DNA of 64,000 nucleotides from Chitinophagales bacterium (GCA_947449695.1 CANFST010000003.1:3248-67247), one strand, 5' to 3'. Shown: positions 40,637 to 50,553, counted from the stretch's first letter. Made by a program: numbers and translations. The notes: generated by a model from the sequence alone, not told the origin.

Positions 40637-40643
40637 AAAATTT

Positions 40644-41645
40644 TTATTGCATATCCATCATACGCATCACCATATTTTTCGAGCCGCAATATATAGGTGT
40701 TCGTTCGTGAAAATCATTAGGCTCAATTTCTAAAATTCTTTTCTTGCCATTAGTTGAAGCGCCACCTGCTTGCTCAATGATAAATGAGATTGGATTGCAC
40801 TCATACAATAATCTTAATTTTCCTTTTGGTGAATCAGTAGTTGGCGGATACAAAAAAACACCTCCTTTTAATAAAGTACGATGAATGTCGGCCACCATAC
40901 TACCAACGTATCGCAGATTGTATGGGCGTTTGGTTGCTTTGTCATGTTCAAAACTGTAATGAACATATTTTTGTACAAAAGCTGGAAACTCTGATTGATA
41001 GCTTAAATTACAAGAAATAATTTTACCATCATCAGGCATTTTCATATCAGGATTTGACAAGCAAAATTCGCCAATTGCCGGATCCAATGTAAATCCATTT
41101 ACACCATCGCCTGTTGTATAAACAATCATAGTGCTTGAACTGTAAATAACATAACCAGCAGCCACTTGTTTTGTGCCTGGTTGTAAAAAATCTTCTTTAG
41201 TTACCGAGCAATCTTTTGATATTCTTTTATAGATACTAAATATTGTACCTACTGGAATATTCACATCAATATTCGATGAACCATCTAAAGGATCGATACA
41301 AACTAAATATTGAGCGCCTTGTTCGTCAATCACTACCATGTCATCTTGTTCTTCGCTGACGATACCGCAACAACGTCTGCCTCTGCGAAAGGCTGCAATG
41401 AAATGTTCGTTGGCAAACACGTCCATTTTTTTAACAGTTTCGCCTTGTACATTGGTGTTGCCTGTTTCGCCTAATATATCCTCAGCTAATCCAGCCATCG
41501 TCAATTCTCTATTCACAATTTTAGCAGCCAACCCCACACTACGCAACAATCCAGAAAGATTGCCTGTCGCTTCAGGATGTTTGTGCTCTTGGGTATTTAT
41601 GAATCCGTTAAGTGTAACTAAGTTAGTATTAAAACTTGCAACCAT
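40644..41645 (-). CDS. fbp: Fructose-1,6-bisphosphatase class 1
   Basis: IDPLDGSSNID and YVGSMVADIHRTLLKGGVFLYP are present. Confidence 0.93.
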   Translation of the reverse strand: MVASFNTNLVTLNGFINTQEHKHPEATGNLSGLLRSVGLAAKIVNRELTMAGLAEDILGETGNTNVQGETVKKMDVFANEHFIAAFRRGRRCCGIVSEEQDDMVVIDEQGAQYLVCIDPLDGSSNIDVNIPVGTIFSIYKRISKDCSVTKEDFLQPGTKQVAAGYVIYSSSTMIVYTTGDGVNGFTLDPAIGEFCLSNPDMKMPDDGKIISCNLSYQSEFPAFVQKYVHYSFEHDKATKRPYNLRYVGSMVADIHRTLLKGGVFLYPPTTDSPKGKLRLLYECNPISFIIEQAGGASTNGKKRILEIEPNDFHERTPIYCGSKNMVMRMMDMQ

Positions 41646-41763
41646 GAAAAATTTATTAAAAAAATATGCCGTAAAAATAACTTTACAATTTGGTTTATTC
41701 CAATTTAAAACTCATATAATTCCATTCGGAAAAACCTATAATTATATTTACAAAAAAAATGAA

Positions 41764-42822
41764 ATGCAAATTTTATATGGTGTTCCCAGCGAAGGCATGG
41801 GACATGCTACAAGAAGTAAAGTGATAATTGAGTATTTGGTGAAACAGCATAATGATGTAAGAATTGTAAGCAGCGGCAGGGCTTTTGATTTTCTTAATGC
41901 ACATTTTCCAAATAGAGTTTACGCAATTGAGGGCTATCATCTAGCATATAAAAATGCTGCAATTTCTATTGGGAAAACATTTTTTAATACACTTAAAGAT
42001 GCGCCTAAAAAACTGCAAACTAATTTCCTTCAATATAAAAACTTACATCGGCACCTACGACCCGATTTAGTTATCAGCGACTACGAATCGTTTACTCATT
42101 TTTATGCAAAAGCAAATAAAATCCCATTAATAAGCATTGACAATATTCAAACACTGAATCGGTGTAAACTGGAAATTGAAATACCACAACACGAAAAAAA
42201 CAATTTTAATATTGCTAAAACAATTACCAAAGCAAAGGTAGCTGGGGCGGCGCATTATTTTGTAAGTAGTTTTTTTGAGGCTCCGATTTTGAAGAAAAAT
42301 ACAACTTTTGTTCCACCAATTATTCGTAACGAAATTTTAAATGCTAAATCGAAAAAAGGCAATCATATTCTTGTTTATCAAACATCTTCATCACAAGCTA
42401 ATCTGGTGCAACAATTACAACAAGTTCCTTCTGAACAATTTTTTGTGTTTGGATTTAATAAGGAAGAGCAACACAAAAATGTACAATTGAAAAAATTTAG
42501 TGAATTTGAATTTGTGGATTTATTAGCCAATGCTAAAGCAGTAATTTGCAATGGTGGATATTCATTTATTAGCGAAGCTGTTTATTTGCAAAAGCCTATT
42601 TGCAGTGTACCCATTGCCAATCAGTTTGAGCAGTTTGTAAATGCTGCCTATATAAACAAATATGAATTTGGCAGACATTTCAATGAGTTTTCATCAGATA
42701 ATATCAAAGCATTTTTATTTGATATAAAAACGTTTGAGAAAAACTTACTCAATTACAAACAAGATGGAAACAACAAATTATTTGTTGCAATAGATAATTG
42801 GATAACCTCAAATGTTGGTTGA
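41764..42822 (+). CDS. GT-B glycosyltransferase (TIGR00661 / MurG-like family)
   Basis: The start is taken at MQILYGVPSEGMGHATRSKV. NGGYSFISEA lies near the C-terminus. The 142 upstream codons of the track ORF are antisense to fbp. Confidence 0.65.
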   Translation: MQILYGVPSEGMGHATRSKVIIEYLVKQHNDVRIVSSGRAFDFLNAHFPNRVYAIEGYHLAYKNAAISIGKTFFNTLKDAPKKLQTNFLQYKNLHRHLRPDLVISDYESFTHFYAKANKIPLISIDNIQTLNRCKLEIEIPQHEKNNFNIAKTITKAKVAGAAHYFVSSFFEAPILKKNTTFVPPIIRNEILNAKSKKGNHILVYQTSSSQANLVQQLQQVPSEQFFVFGFNKEEQHKNVQLKKFSEFEFVDLLANAKAVICNGGYSFISEAVYLQKPICSVPIANQFEQFVNAAYINKYEFGRHFNEFSSDNIKAFLFDIKTFEKNLLNYKQDGNNKLFVAIDNWITSNVG

Positions 42823-42865
42823 TTTGTTTCTTGCTAATCAAAAATAAATGGTCCGCTAATTCTTT

Positions 42866-45688
42866 TTACTTACTCAAATGCATACTTCTTTCTTTGTACA
42901 ACGTACGGAAATAAGGGTCACGTAGGTCTTTAATAAAACGGATGGCTTCACCGGTTGATTTCATTTCAGGCCCTAATTCTTTATTCACATTTGGGAATTT
43001 ATCGAATGAGAAAACTGGTTCTTTAATGGCATAACCTTGCAATTTTGGTTCGTAAGTAAAGTCGGTAACTTTCTTTTCACCCAACATTACTTTGGTTGCA
43101 ATATTCAAATAAGGAATCTGGTAGGCTTTAGCAATGAAAGGCGTTGTACGGCTTGCACGTGGATTAGCTTCTATCACATATACTTTACCATCTTTAATTG
43201 CAAACTGAATATTTATCAAGCCTTTAATCTGCAATTTCATCGCAATTTTTTTGGCGTAATCTTTCATTTCAACAATTACCAATGGCGACAAATTAAATGG
43301 AGGCAACACCGCATTGCTATCACCACTGTGAATGCCTGCTGGCTCAATGTGTTCCATAATGCCCATCACATGAAAATTCTCTCCATCGCAAATGCCATCA
43401 ATTTCAGCTTCCTGACAGCGGTCTAAGAAATGGTCAATCAAAATGGTATTATCAGGTAAGTGTTTCAATAAGCTCAACACCCCATTTTCTAGTTCATCAT
43501 CATTTATCACAATTCGCATACGCTGCCCACCCAATACATAACTCGGACGAACCAACACTGGGTAACCAATTTTATTTGCCACAGCCATTGCTTCATCAGC
43601 AGTGTGGGCTGTGCCATATTCAGGATACGGAATATTCATTTCTTTCAGCAAATCGCTGAATCGACCACGGTCTTCGGCAATATCCATGCTATCGAATGAA
43701 GTACCTATGATTTTTATTCCTTTTTCAGTTAAGCGTTTAGCCAGTTTCAAAGCAGTTTGTCCGCCTAATTGAACAATCACACCTTCAGGTTTTTCATGCT
43801 CAATAATTTCCCATAAATGCTCCCAGAACACAGGCTCGAAATACAACTTATCCGCCATGTCGAAATCGGTACTTACCGTTTCAGGATTGCAGTTAATCAT
43901 GATGGCTTCATGACCACATTCTTTAATTGCCTGCAAACCATGTGTGCAGCAATAATCAAACTCAATACCTTGCCCAATGCGGTTTGGACCACTGCCTAAT
44001 ACAATGTATTTTTTCTTGTCGCTTCTGATTGATTCGTTTGCAGAATCGAAAGTGCTGTAGAAATAGTTTGTTTTACTTTCAAATTCAGCAGCACAAGTAT
44101 CAACCATTTTAAATCCTCTAACGATGTCTAATGATTTGCGATATTCATACACTTCATCTTCTGTGCATTTGTTGCCAACGAATTTTGCAATTTGTAAATC
44201 AGAAAAGCCCATTTGCTTGGCTTTGGTCATTTCTTCTTTTGAAATTTCTGAAAGCTTATCAAACTTCATTAAGTGTTTTTCCAAATCAACAATGCTTTGA
44301 ATCTGGTACAAAAACCATTTATCAATCATGGTTGATTTATGAATGGTGGAAACGGTAGCACCAGCCATCAATGCATCTTTGATGCGGAATATTCTGTCCC
44401 ACTTCGGTGTTTTGATGCTTTCTAAAATCTCCTCACTTTTCATCAACGATTTACCATAGTAACCCAAGCCAATCGCATCGTTTTCCAAGCTCTGACAAGC
44501 TTTCTGAATCGCTTCGGGGAAGCTTCTGCCAATTGCCATTACTTCACCAACCGATTTCATTTGGAAACCAAGTGTGTCATTTGCTCCTTTAAATTTATCG
44601 AAATTCCAACGTGGAATTTTCACAATTACATAATCCAATGCTGGTTCAAAAAATGCTGAAGTTGTTTTAGTGATTTGATTTTTTAATTCATCTAAATTGT
44701 ATCCTATCGCCAGTTTTGCAGCAATTTTTGCAATCGGATAACCAGTTGCTTTACTTGCCAATGCTGATGAACGGCTCACTCGGGGATTTATTTCCACCAC
44801 AATAATTTCTTCCGTTTCAGGATTCATGGCAAACTGCACATTACATCCACCTGCAAAATTTCCCAAGTTTCGCATCATGCTGATAGCAGTATTTCGCATT
44901 AACTGAAATGCGGTATCGCTCAAAGTCATAGCTGGCGCAACTGTGATACTATCGCCAGTGTGCACACCCATTGGGTCGAAATTTTCAACCGTACAAATGA
45001 TGGCCACATTGTTGTTGTTGTCTCTCAACAATTCCAGTTCATATTCTTTCCAACCTAACACTGCTTTTTCCACCAGCACTTCATGCATCGGGCTGGCTGT
45101 CAAAGCTCGGTTCAAGGCTTCATCCAAATCTTCTTTTTTGAAAACTATGCCGCCGCCTGTTCCACCTAATGTGAACGATGGGCGAAGTACCAACGGAAAT
45201 CCTATTTGTTGTGCAAATTCTTTTCCTTCTAAAAATGAGTTGGCAATATGCGCTGGACAAACCGGAATACCCATTTCAATCATCCACAAGCGAAATTTTT
45301 CACGGTCTTCGGCTTTGTCAATCGCTTTAATATCAACGCCAATCAGTTTTACATTGTATTGTTCCCATAAGCCAATTTCATCGGCTTCTTTGCAAAGATT
45401 CAACGCTGTTTGTCCACCCATAGTTGGCAACACCGCATCAATTTTGTTTTCTTTCAAAATCTGCTCAATGCTTTCCGTATTCAATGGCAACAAATAAACT
45501 TTGTCAGCCACAATCGGGTCGGTCATAATCGTTGCAGGATTGCTGTTAATCAGCACCACTTCAATTCCCTCTTCACGAAGCGAACGGGCAGCCTGCGAAC
45601 CGCTGTAATCAAACTCACAAGCCTGACCAATAATAATTGGACCTGAACCTATGATTAGTACTGACTTTATGGATGTATCTTTTGGCAC
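42866..45688 (-). CDS. carB: Carbamoyl-phosphate synthase large subunit (940 aa, GTG start, no C-terminal MGS-like allosteric domain)
   Basis: Two ATP-grasp halves begin IGSGPIIIGQACEFDYSG and LGSGPNRIGQGIEFDYC. The protein ends about 30 aa after EMKSTGEA. Confidence 0.93.
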   Translation of the reverse strand: MPKDTSIKSVLIIGSGPIIIGQACEFDYSGSQAARSLREEGIEVVLINSNPATIMTDPIVADKVYLLPLNTESIEQILKENKIDAVLPTMGGQTALNLCKEADEIGLWEQYNVKLIGVDIKAIDKAEDREKFRLWMIEMGIPVCPAHIANSFLEGKEFAQQIGFPLVLRPSFTLGGTGGGIVFKKEDLDEALNRALTASPMHEVLVEKAVLGWKEYELELLRDNNNNVAIICTVENFDPMGVHTGDSITVAPAMTLSDTAFQLMRNTAISMMRNLGNFAGGCNVQFAMNPETEEIIVVEINPRVSRSSALASKATGYPIAKIAAKLAIGYNLDELKNQITKTTSAFFEPALDYVIVKIPRWNFDKFKGANDTLGFQMKSVGEVMAIGRSFPEAIQKACQSLENDAIGLGYYGKSLMKSEEILESIKTPKWDRIFRIKDALMAGATVSTIHKSTMIDKWFLYQIQSIVDLEKHLMKFDKLSEISKEEMTKAKQMGFSDLQIAKFVGNKCTEDEVYEYRKSLDIVRGFKMVDTCAAEFESKTNYFYSTFDSANESIRSDKKKYIVLGSGPNRIGQGIEFDYCCTHGLQAIKECGHEAIMINCNPETVSTDFDMADKLYFEPVFWEHLWEIIEHEKPEGVIVQLGGQTALKLAKRLTEKGIKIIGTSFDSMDIAEDRGRFSDLLKEMNIPYPEYGTAHTADEAMAVANKIGYPVLVRPSYVLGGQRMRIVINDDELENGVLSLLKHLPDNTILIDHFLDRCQEAEIDGICDGENFHVMGIMEHIEPAGIHSGDSNAVLPPFNLSPLVIVEMKDYAKKIAMKLQIKGLINIQFAIKDGKVYVIEANPRASRTTPFIAKAYQIPYLNIATKVMLGEKKVTDFTYEPKLQGYAIKEPVFSFDKFPNVNKELGPEMKSTGEAIRFIKDLRDPYFRTLYKERSMHLSK

Positions 45689-45752
45689 GATTGAATAATT
45701 TGATAATGAGATAATAAACTAAATTGCTAACTGTAAAATTAGCGGCGATGGG

Positions 45753-45760
45753 CAAAGATA
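45753..45760 (-). promoter_or_regulatory. -7 box TATCTTTG upstream of carB
   Basis: The reverse complement of caaagata is TATCTTTG. It lies 65 nt upstream of the start. Confidence 0.35.
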
Positions 45761-45919
45761 GAAAATGAAAAAGGGAGGCAAAAATGGAAACGAAGTTTTC
45801 TTGAAAAGAATTTTTAAAATCAATGAGCATCCCTAAATTTAGCAGCATCACCAGCCCATTCCAATAATCTCATTTTACAGTTTCTATACCCCTAAAAGAG
45901 AAAATGTTCTGCCACCGTT

Positions 45920-45927
45920 TATCTTTG
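45920..45927 (+). promoter_or_regulatory. -7 box TATCTTTG upstream of the DMT transporter gene
   Basis: It fits TAnnTTTG and lies 30 nt upstream of ATG 45957. Confidence 0.45.
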
Positions 45928-45956
45928 TAAATTCTATATTTCGACAACCACCTTAA

Positions 45957-46835
45957 ATGTTAAACGAAAGCCTACCTATTATTTCTAAAATCATTTCGGC
46001 ACTATTCTTTTTAGTGTCGGGCATACTTTGGAAAAAGGTTTTAACAAACAACACTAACCACACTATCATTTTTTATCGAACAATTTTCAGCGTTGCTTTA
46101 ATGACAATCGCTGTTTGTTTTTTCCTTAATCCAACAGAAATATTACAACCATTCAAAAGCGTTTCAATTGCCGATTGGTTGCTTACAATTGCATTGTGTT
46201 TGTTTAGTTTTTGGGGATTGTATTTTTTTACATCAGCCATTCAAACAGGACGATTTAGTTTCATCAATTCCATTGCACCAATTGCAACAGTATTTTCATT
46301 TCTCACTTCCATTTTTCTATATCACGAAACAATAAGCACCGCAAAATATTTCGCTTTAGCTATTGTAATTATTGGCTTTTCCATTCATCAACGAGAGCAA
46401 ATAATGCAATTCAAAATTTCTAACGAAGTTTTCCTCATCCTTTTGAGCAGCTTGTTTTGGGGCATCTCTTTTGTTTTTTATCTCAAAGCCATTCAACAAT
46501 TTGGCGTACTTTATTTTGGCTTAATTATGGAATGTTGCGTTCTCATTTCTTCTTACGTTTTAATCTTGTTCAAAGACAAAAAAACATTTCCGAAATCCAT
46601 CAATCAAAAAAGTTTATTCACTTGCTTTGTCATTGGCGCAATGGTTACAGGCGGCAGCATTTTAAGTTATTTCACACTCACCAAAATTCCAGTAAGCATC
46701 AATATTTTATTAGGCTTTTTATTCGAAATAATCATTCTCATCGTAGGCATATTTATTTTCAACGATTCACTAAAACAAAAAGATTGGGTATTAATCACAG
46801 CCGCCACAGCCGCAGGTTTCTTGATGTTATTTTAA
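45957..46835 (+). CDS. DMT (EamA-like) family transporter
   Basis: The 292-aa protein has about 10 hydrophobic helices in two similar halves. Confidence 0.55.
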   Translation: MLNESLPIISKIISALFFLVSGILWKKVLTNNTNHTIIFYRTIFSVALMTIAVCFFLNPTEILQPFKSVSIADWLLTIALCLFSFWGLYFFTSAIQTGRFSFINSIAPIATVFSFLTSIFLYHETISTAKYFALAIVIIGFSIHQREQIMQFKISNEVFLILLSSLFWGISFVFYLKAIQQFGVLYFGLIMECCVLISSYVLILFKDKKTFPKSINQKSLFTCFVIGAMVTGGSILSYFTLTKIPVSINILLGFLFEIIILIVGIFIFNDSLKQKDWVLITAATAAGFLMLF

Positions 46836-48068
46836 ACACCGCTCCACATTTTCATACACACTTTTTATCCTAAAATGAAAATTCAAATCAGCCTTTGCAA
46901 TATCAATTTCTTTAAAAATTAACTTTGCCTTTTTCTTATTTTTGCTTTCATAAAGTGCAGCAGCATAAAGCACTTTCAATTGAATAAAATTCAGTTCAGC
47001 CCAATAACCAAGCGTTAGTTTTTGTTGCTCAATCTTGCTTTCATACAAACCAACAATTGTTTCAAATGCTTTTAATTCATGCAAATAATTACACAGCATA
47101 AATACACTACTAACCTTGTGTCCCAAATCTTTTAAGTGCGCTAAAAATTTAATCGCTTCAATTTCATGCAATAGTTTTTTAAACATTTCTTGGTCGTATT
47201 TATTCGCATGATACAATTGTACACCCATCAAACGCATTGCTACCAAATTATTGACAGCAGCAGGTTTCACCGACATTGATTCTATTCTTTTGTAATCACT
47301 CAAAAACATTTTCCATTCTTTTTGTTCAGCATTTTTTGTGGCACAAATCAATGAATAAAAAAGTGCAACAGCTTTTTTGTTGGGGTTGGCGTTGTAATAA
47401 TTTTTCAGCAACGCCATGTAATAATCTTGTTCAGGCAACACTAACCACTCCACAAAATAATCGTGTGCAAAAGGCAAATTATAATAGTGCTTAATCGCAA
47501 TCTTTTTCAACCAAGCATGTTTAATACAAAGCGCACCCAACAAATGAATAGTGTGGTAAATATCATATTGATAGCGGCTTTCAAATGCAAACAACTTTTT
47601 CAATTCAAAAATTCGTTCAAAAAATTCTTTGTCTTCTTGTTGCGCCTTTGCTAAAATTATTTGAGCAAATGTTTCATACAAATCTTTGCTTTTTGCACGT
47701 TTGTTCAGTTCGTTTTTCAATTCATCAAAACTCTTTTTGTTGTTCAACACCACATCAATCAACAAACTTTTTAAGTACAAATTATTTTGCGCTAAATAAT
47801 TTTCAACCACCTTCGTCCAATCTTCCAAATGGCAAAATAGAGCGCATACATCCAACGTAAAAAGCGAAGGTTGCGAATCACTTTTCAAAATACCATACAG
47901 CCGCCGCATAGTGTCGCCATGCACTCTTTGGCTTGTAGTTTCAAAAATTGCAGCCGCCAATAATTCACAATCATTCGCATTCAAAATGCTTTTTCCAAAC
48001 TGTTCTTGAATCAACTTTTTCAAGTGTTCTAAGTGTTCCGTTTTAATTTCTTGAATTGGTTTTGCCAT
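46827..48068 (-). CDS. Hypothetical all-helical protein, possible regulator (HTH-like head plus TPR-like repeats); start uncertain (48068, 48098 or TTG 48113)
   Basis: The N-terminal segment is NDCELLAAAIFETTSQRVHGDTMRRLYGILKSDSQPSLFTLDVCALFCHLEDW. The rest is helical and repeat-like. I recognise no enzymatic motif. Confidence 0.5.
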   Translation of the reverse strand: MAKPIQEIKTEHLEHLKKLIQEQFGKSILNANDCELLAAAIFETTSQRVHGDTMRRLYGILKSDSQPSLFTLDVCALFCHLEDWTKVVENYLAQNNLYLKSLLIDVVLNNKKSFDELKNELNKRAKSKDLYETFAQIILAKAQQEDKEFFERIFELKKLFAFESRYQYDIYHTIHLLGALCIKHAWLKKIAIKHYYNLPFAHDYFVEWLVLPEQDYYMALLKNYYNANPNKKAVALFYSLICATKNAEQKEWKMFLSDYKRIESMSVKPAAVNNLVAMRLMGVQLYHANKYDQEMFKKLLHEIEAIKFLAHLKDLGHKVSSVFMLCNYLHELKAFETIVGLYESKIEQQKLTLGYWAELNFIQLKVLYAAALYESKNKKKAKLIFKEIDIAKADLNFHFRIKSVYENVERCLK

Positions 48069-48076
48069 GATGAGGG

Positions 48077-48084
48077 CAAAACTA
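48077..48084 (-). promoter_or_regulatory. Possible -7 box TAGTTTTG for the divergent helical-protein gene
   Basis: The reverse complement of caaaacta is TAGTTTTG. It works as a promoter only if translation starts at 48068, giving a near-leaderless mRNA. Confidence 0.3.
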
Positions 48085-48187
48085 AAATCATTTTTCATTG
48101 TCAATGCACACAATTTTTATTTGCACTCATTTGCTCAAAATTGGCAACCATTCATGTTTCATTTTTGCAATTCAAAAAACAAAAACA

Positions 48188-50047
48188 ATGAAAAAATGCC
48201 TACTTGCCTTAATGATATTCTTGTCAATAAAATCGTATAGTCAGCAGCTAAAATCATTCAACGGTGATTTTGAAAACGGAATGATGCAAAATGGAAATGC
48301 AGTTTACTCATACTACGAAGACCCAAATACACATGAGTATTTAAAGCAAGGAGCATTTCATTATAGTTTCAACGGCAAAGGAGATTATATAGGTTACGAC
48401 CAATCAATTAATGGAAATTTTAATAAAGGATTAAAAGATGGAGCATGGACTTATTCAATTGCAATGGTGGACTTTGGTACAAACAATTTATACTTTACTG
48501 GTAGTGTTTCATTAATAGCTAATTATAAAAATGGTTATGCTAACGGAAATTGGAAAGAAGTTCGGTCATATAAAACAAGAAAGAAGTTTTATTCAAATGG
48601 TCATTATGTATGGGGACAATTTGAACCATTGAAAACAATGGTAATAAATATGAATTTCAAAGAAGGCAAATTAATTGGTGCTGTCAATATTGATGACGAG
48701 TTTTCAAGTTTTAAAGCAACAGGAAACTATGATGCAAATAGCCTTTGTATTGGCACATGGTCAATAAATGATAGAGGATTTGGGAAAAACAGAGAGTTAA
48801 TTTATAAAGACAATATTCTCTATGAATTCATTGCAAGAGGCAACAATGGGGAAGTTTTGGAAGGAAGTTCAAAATACCAAATAGATTATGATGATTTTAT
48901 TAAAGCAAAAGCGATGAATGAAAAAGAAAGAGAAGAAGCAGGAATAATAATTGATACAGTTTGCGGTGGCGATTTATGTGCGGCAACAAACAATATCAAA
49001 GACTATTTCCCCAAATTATTTAGTGTTGATTATTTTTTGTACAAACAAATTGGTGGGGATTTATCATTTAATGAGGGATTTAAAGGCGGTTGCAATCTTC
49101 AAGTTTCAACAACCAATTTCACTGCATTATCAAGTAATCAAGATTTTAAAAAGGCAGAAGAATTTTATAACAAAAACGATTTGTTGCGAGCATATGAAAT
49201 ATACAGCAAAATTGATGTAACTAAAGTAAAACCATCGGAAAGAAAAAATGTAACTGATAAAATCGCATTACTCAAACCAATGATTGGAAACTTGTTGGAA
49301 TTATATCATTCAAACAGTAAGTTTTTTCAAGAATATACAAAGGCACAGTATGACAGTTTAGAGCAAGACAAATACTATTTTGCAAATAAGATTGCTTTGA
49401 AAACAACCAAAGATAACTATGGTTGGACATTGTTCAATGATGAAAATAGTATTTTACGAAAACTTTATGATGATGCAGGGGGGATAAAATATAATTTTGA
49501 AAAGCCTTGGGAAAATAAAACCTGGGACTTTACAAAAACTTGCTTTGAACGAAACAAAGGTGTTTACACCCCAATACAAATCTGTGTTACCGAACAGTTC
49601 TTTAAATTCAACACAATCTTGGAAAACGAAGAATACAGTATAAAGCAATCTGTATACAATTTCTATTTTGAAAATACTAACAATTCCTTCTATACTTATG
49701 ACAAGAATACATTTCTTAACAATATCGCATTAGGTAAAAAGGAATACAATCTTGCAAAATCATTAATTGACCTTCAATCGAAATGCAATGACAAGAAAAA
49801 TCAGATTGAAGCTCTAAATAATCAAAACAAGAAAAAGACTTTGTTTTCAAAATTTCAAGTAGTTTATAAAGACTTTAATACATCATTACAAATTACCACA
49901 GAACTTCAATCCCTTGCTGACAATTTGAGCAATCTAAATGATTTCCTAGACAAAATAATTGCATTGTATCCCCAAGAAACAAAAGATTTAGAGAGGCAGT
50001 TAAAATCAGCAGAAACAGCTGACCAAGTTAAATCATTAATAAAATAA
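48188..50047 (+). CDS. Secreted MORN-variant (YwqK-like) repeat protein with a long helical C-terminal half
   Basis: ATG 48188 gives the signal peptide MKKCLLALMIFLSIKSYSQQ. G-x-F/Y-x-x-G-x-K-D/N-G-x-W units recur (GNFNKGLKDGAWTY, NYKNGYANGNWKE, FKEGKLIGAV). The C-terminal part looks like a coiled coil (NDKKNQIEALNNQNKKK...). Confidence 0.55.
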   Translation: MKKCLLALMIFLSIKSYSQQLKSFNGDFENGMMQNGNAVYSYYEDPNTHEYLKQGAFHYSFNGKGDYIGYDQSINGNFNKGLKDGAWTYSIAMVDFGTNNLYFTGSVSLIANYKNGYANGNWKEVRSYKTRKKFYSNGHYVWGQFEPLKTMVINMNFKEGKLIGAVNIDDEFSSFKATGNYDANSLCIGTWSINDRGFGKNRELIYKDNILYEFIARGNNGEVLEGSSKYQIDYDDFIKAKAMNEKEREEAGIIIDTVCGGDLCAATNNIKDYFPKLFSVDYFLYKQIGGDLSFNEGFKGGCNLQVSTTNFTALSSNQDFKKAEEFYNKNDLLRAYEIYSKIDVTKVKPSERKNVTDKIALLKPMIGNLLELYHSNSKFFQEYTKAQYDSLEQDKYYFANKIALKTTKDNYGWTLFNDENSILRKLYDDAGGIKYNFEKPWENKTWDFTKTCFERNKGVYTPIQICVTEQFFKFNTILENEEYSIKQSVYNFYFENTNNSFYTYDKNTFLNNIALGKKEYNLAKSLIDLQSKCNDKKNQIEALNNQNKKKTLFSKFQVVYKDFNTSLQITTELQSLADNLSNLNDFLDKIIALYPQETKDLERQLKSAETADQVKSLIK

Positions 50048-50114
50048 CAATTAAAAAAGGAAGATTCATCAATACTCGAACAATTATTTTACAATAACTC
50101 AAAACACAACAATC

Positions 50115-50492
50115 ATGGAAAAGCCCTTTGACCCAAATGCAAAAAGAATTTTAAAACCCGAAAACTATACTCAAGGCGAACCAATACCTGAAATAGTTGT
50201 GTATTCAGAAGAAAATTTTAGAGGTGAAGAATTAAGAACTAATTGCGATGCAGATTTTGTTGGCGAGAAGCTTAATAATAAAATCAAATCAATAGTTATT
50301 ATTTCAGGTGTTTGGAAATTTTATAGACATGCAGGATTTAAACATTCTAATGAAGGTACGCAACTTATAAACTCCTATGGCAATCTTTCGGTCGGCTACT
50401 ATCCTAATCTGGAAAGTTGTGAATTTAAGCTAAAAGAAAAAGATGAACCAATTTCTATTTCATCGTTCCAATACATTAAACCATCTAAATAA
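50115..50492 (+). CDS. Stand-alone single-domain beta/gamma-crystallin-like protein (no signal peptide)
   Basis: The first Greek-key signature is YSEENFRG (YxxxxFxG) followed by KIKSIVI. The second is GVWKFYRHAGFKH followed by ISISSFQYI. Confidence 0.6.
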   Translation: MEKPFDPNAKRILKPENYTQGEPIPEIVVYSEENFRGEELRTNCDADFVGEKLNNKIKSIVIISGVWKFYRHAGFKHSNEGTQLINSYGNLSVGYYPNLESCEFKLKEKDEPISISSFQYIKPSK

Positions 50493-50494
50493 AA

Positions 50495-50511
50495 TTCTTT
50501 GCGCTTTTGCG
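50495..50511 (+). repeat. 17-mer TTCTTTGCGCTTTTGCG (copy 1)
   Basis: It matches 51633-51649 at 16 of 17 positions. It lies 3 nt after the crystallin stop and 43 nt before the next ATG. Confidence 0.7.
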
Positions 50512-50553
50512 TGCAAACAAAATCATCAAATCTTTTAATCACTAAATCAAAAA

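Noticed and set aside
41338-41763. The 142-codon N-terminal extension of the 494-aa plus-strand ORF, overlapping fbp antisense
   Set aside because: The extension is low-complexity Ser/Leu/Pro-rich sequence lying entirely antisense to a well-supported fbp gene. The recognisable glycosyltransferase N-terminus (GVPSEGMGHATRS) begins right after the in-frame ATG at 41764.
45689-45956. A PyrR-binding attenuator or riboswitch in the carB leader
   Set aside because: I looked for the UCCAGAGAGG-type PyrR loop and for a terminator/antiterminator pair on the minus strand and found neither. Only weak AT-rich hairpins are present.
46457-46873. A 138-aa alternative-frame ORF within the DMT transporter gene
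   Set aside because: It lies on the same strand as a coherent multi-TM reading frame but out of frame with it. Its basic His/Arg-rich product looks like a frame artefact.
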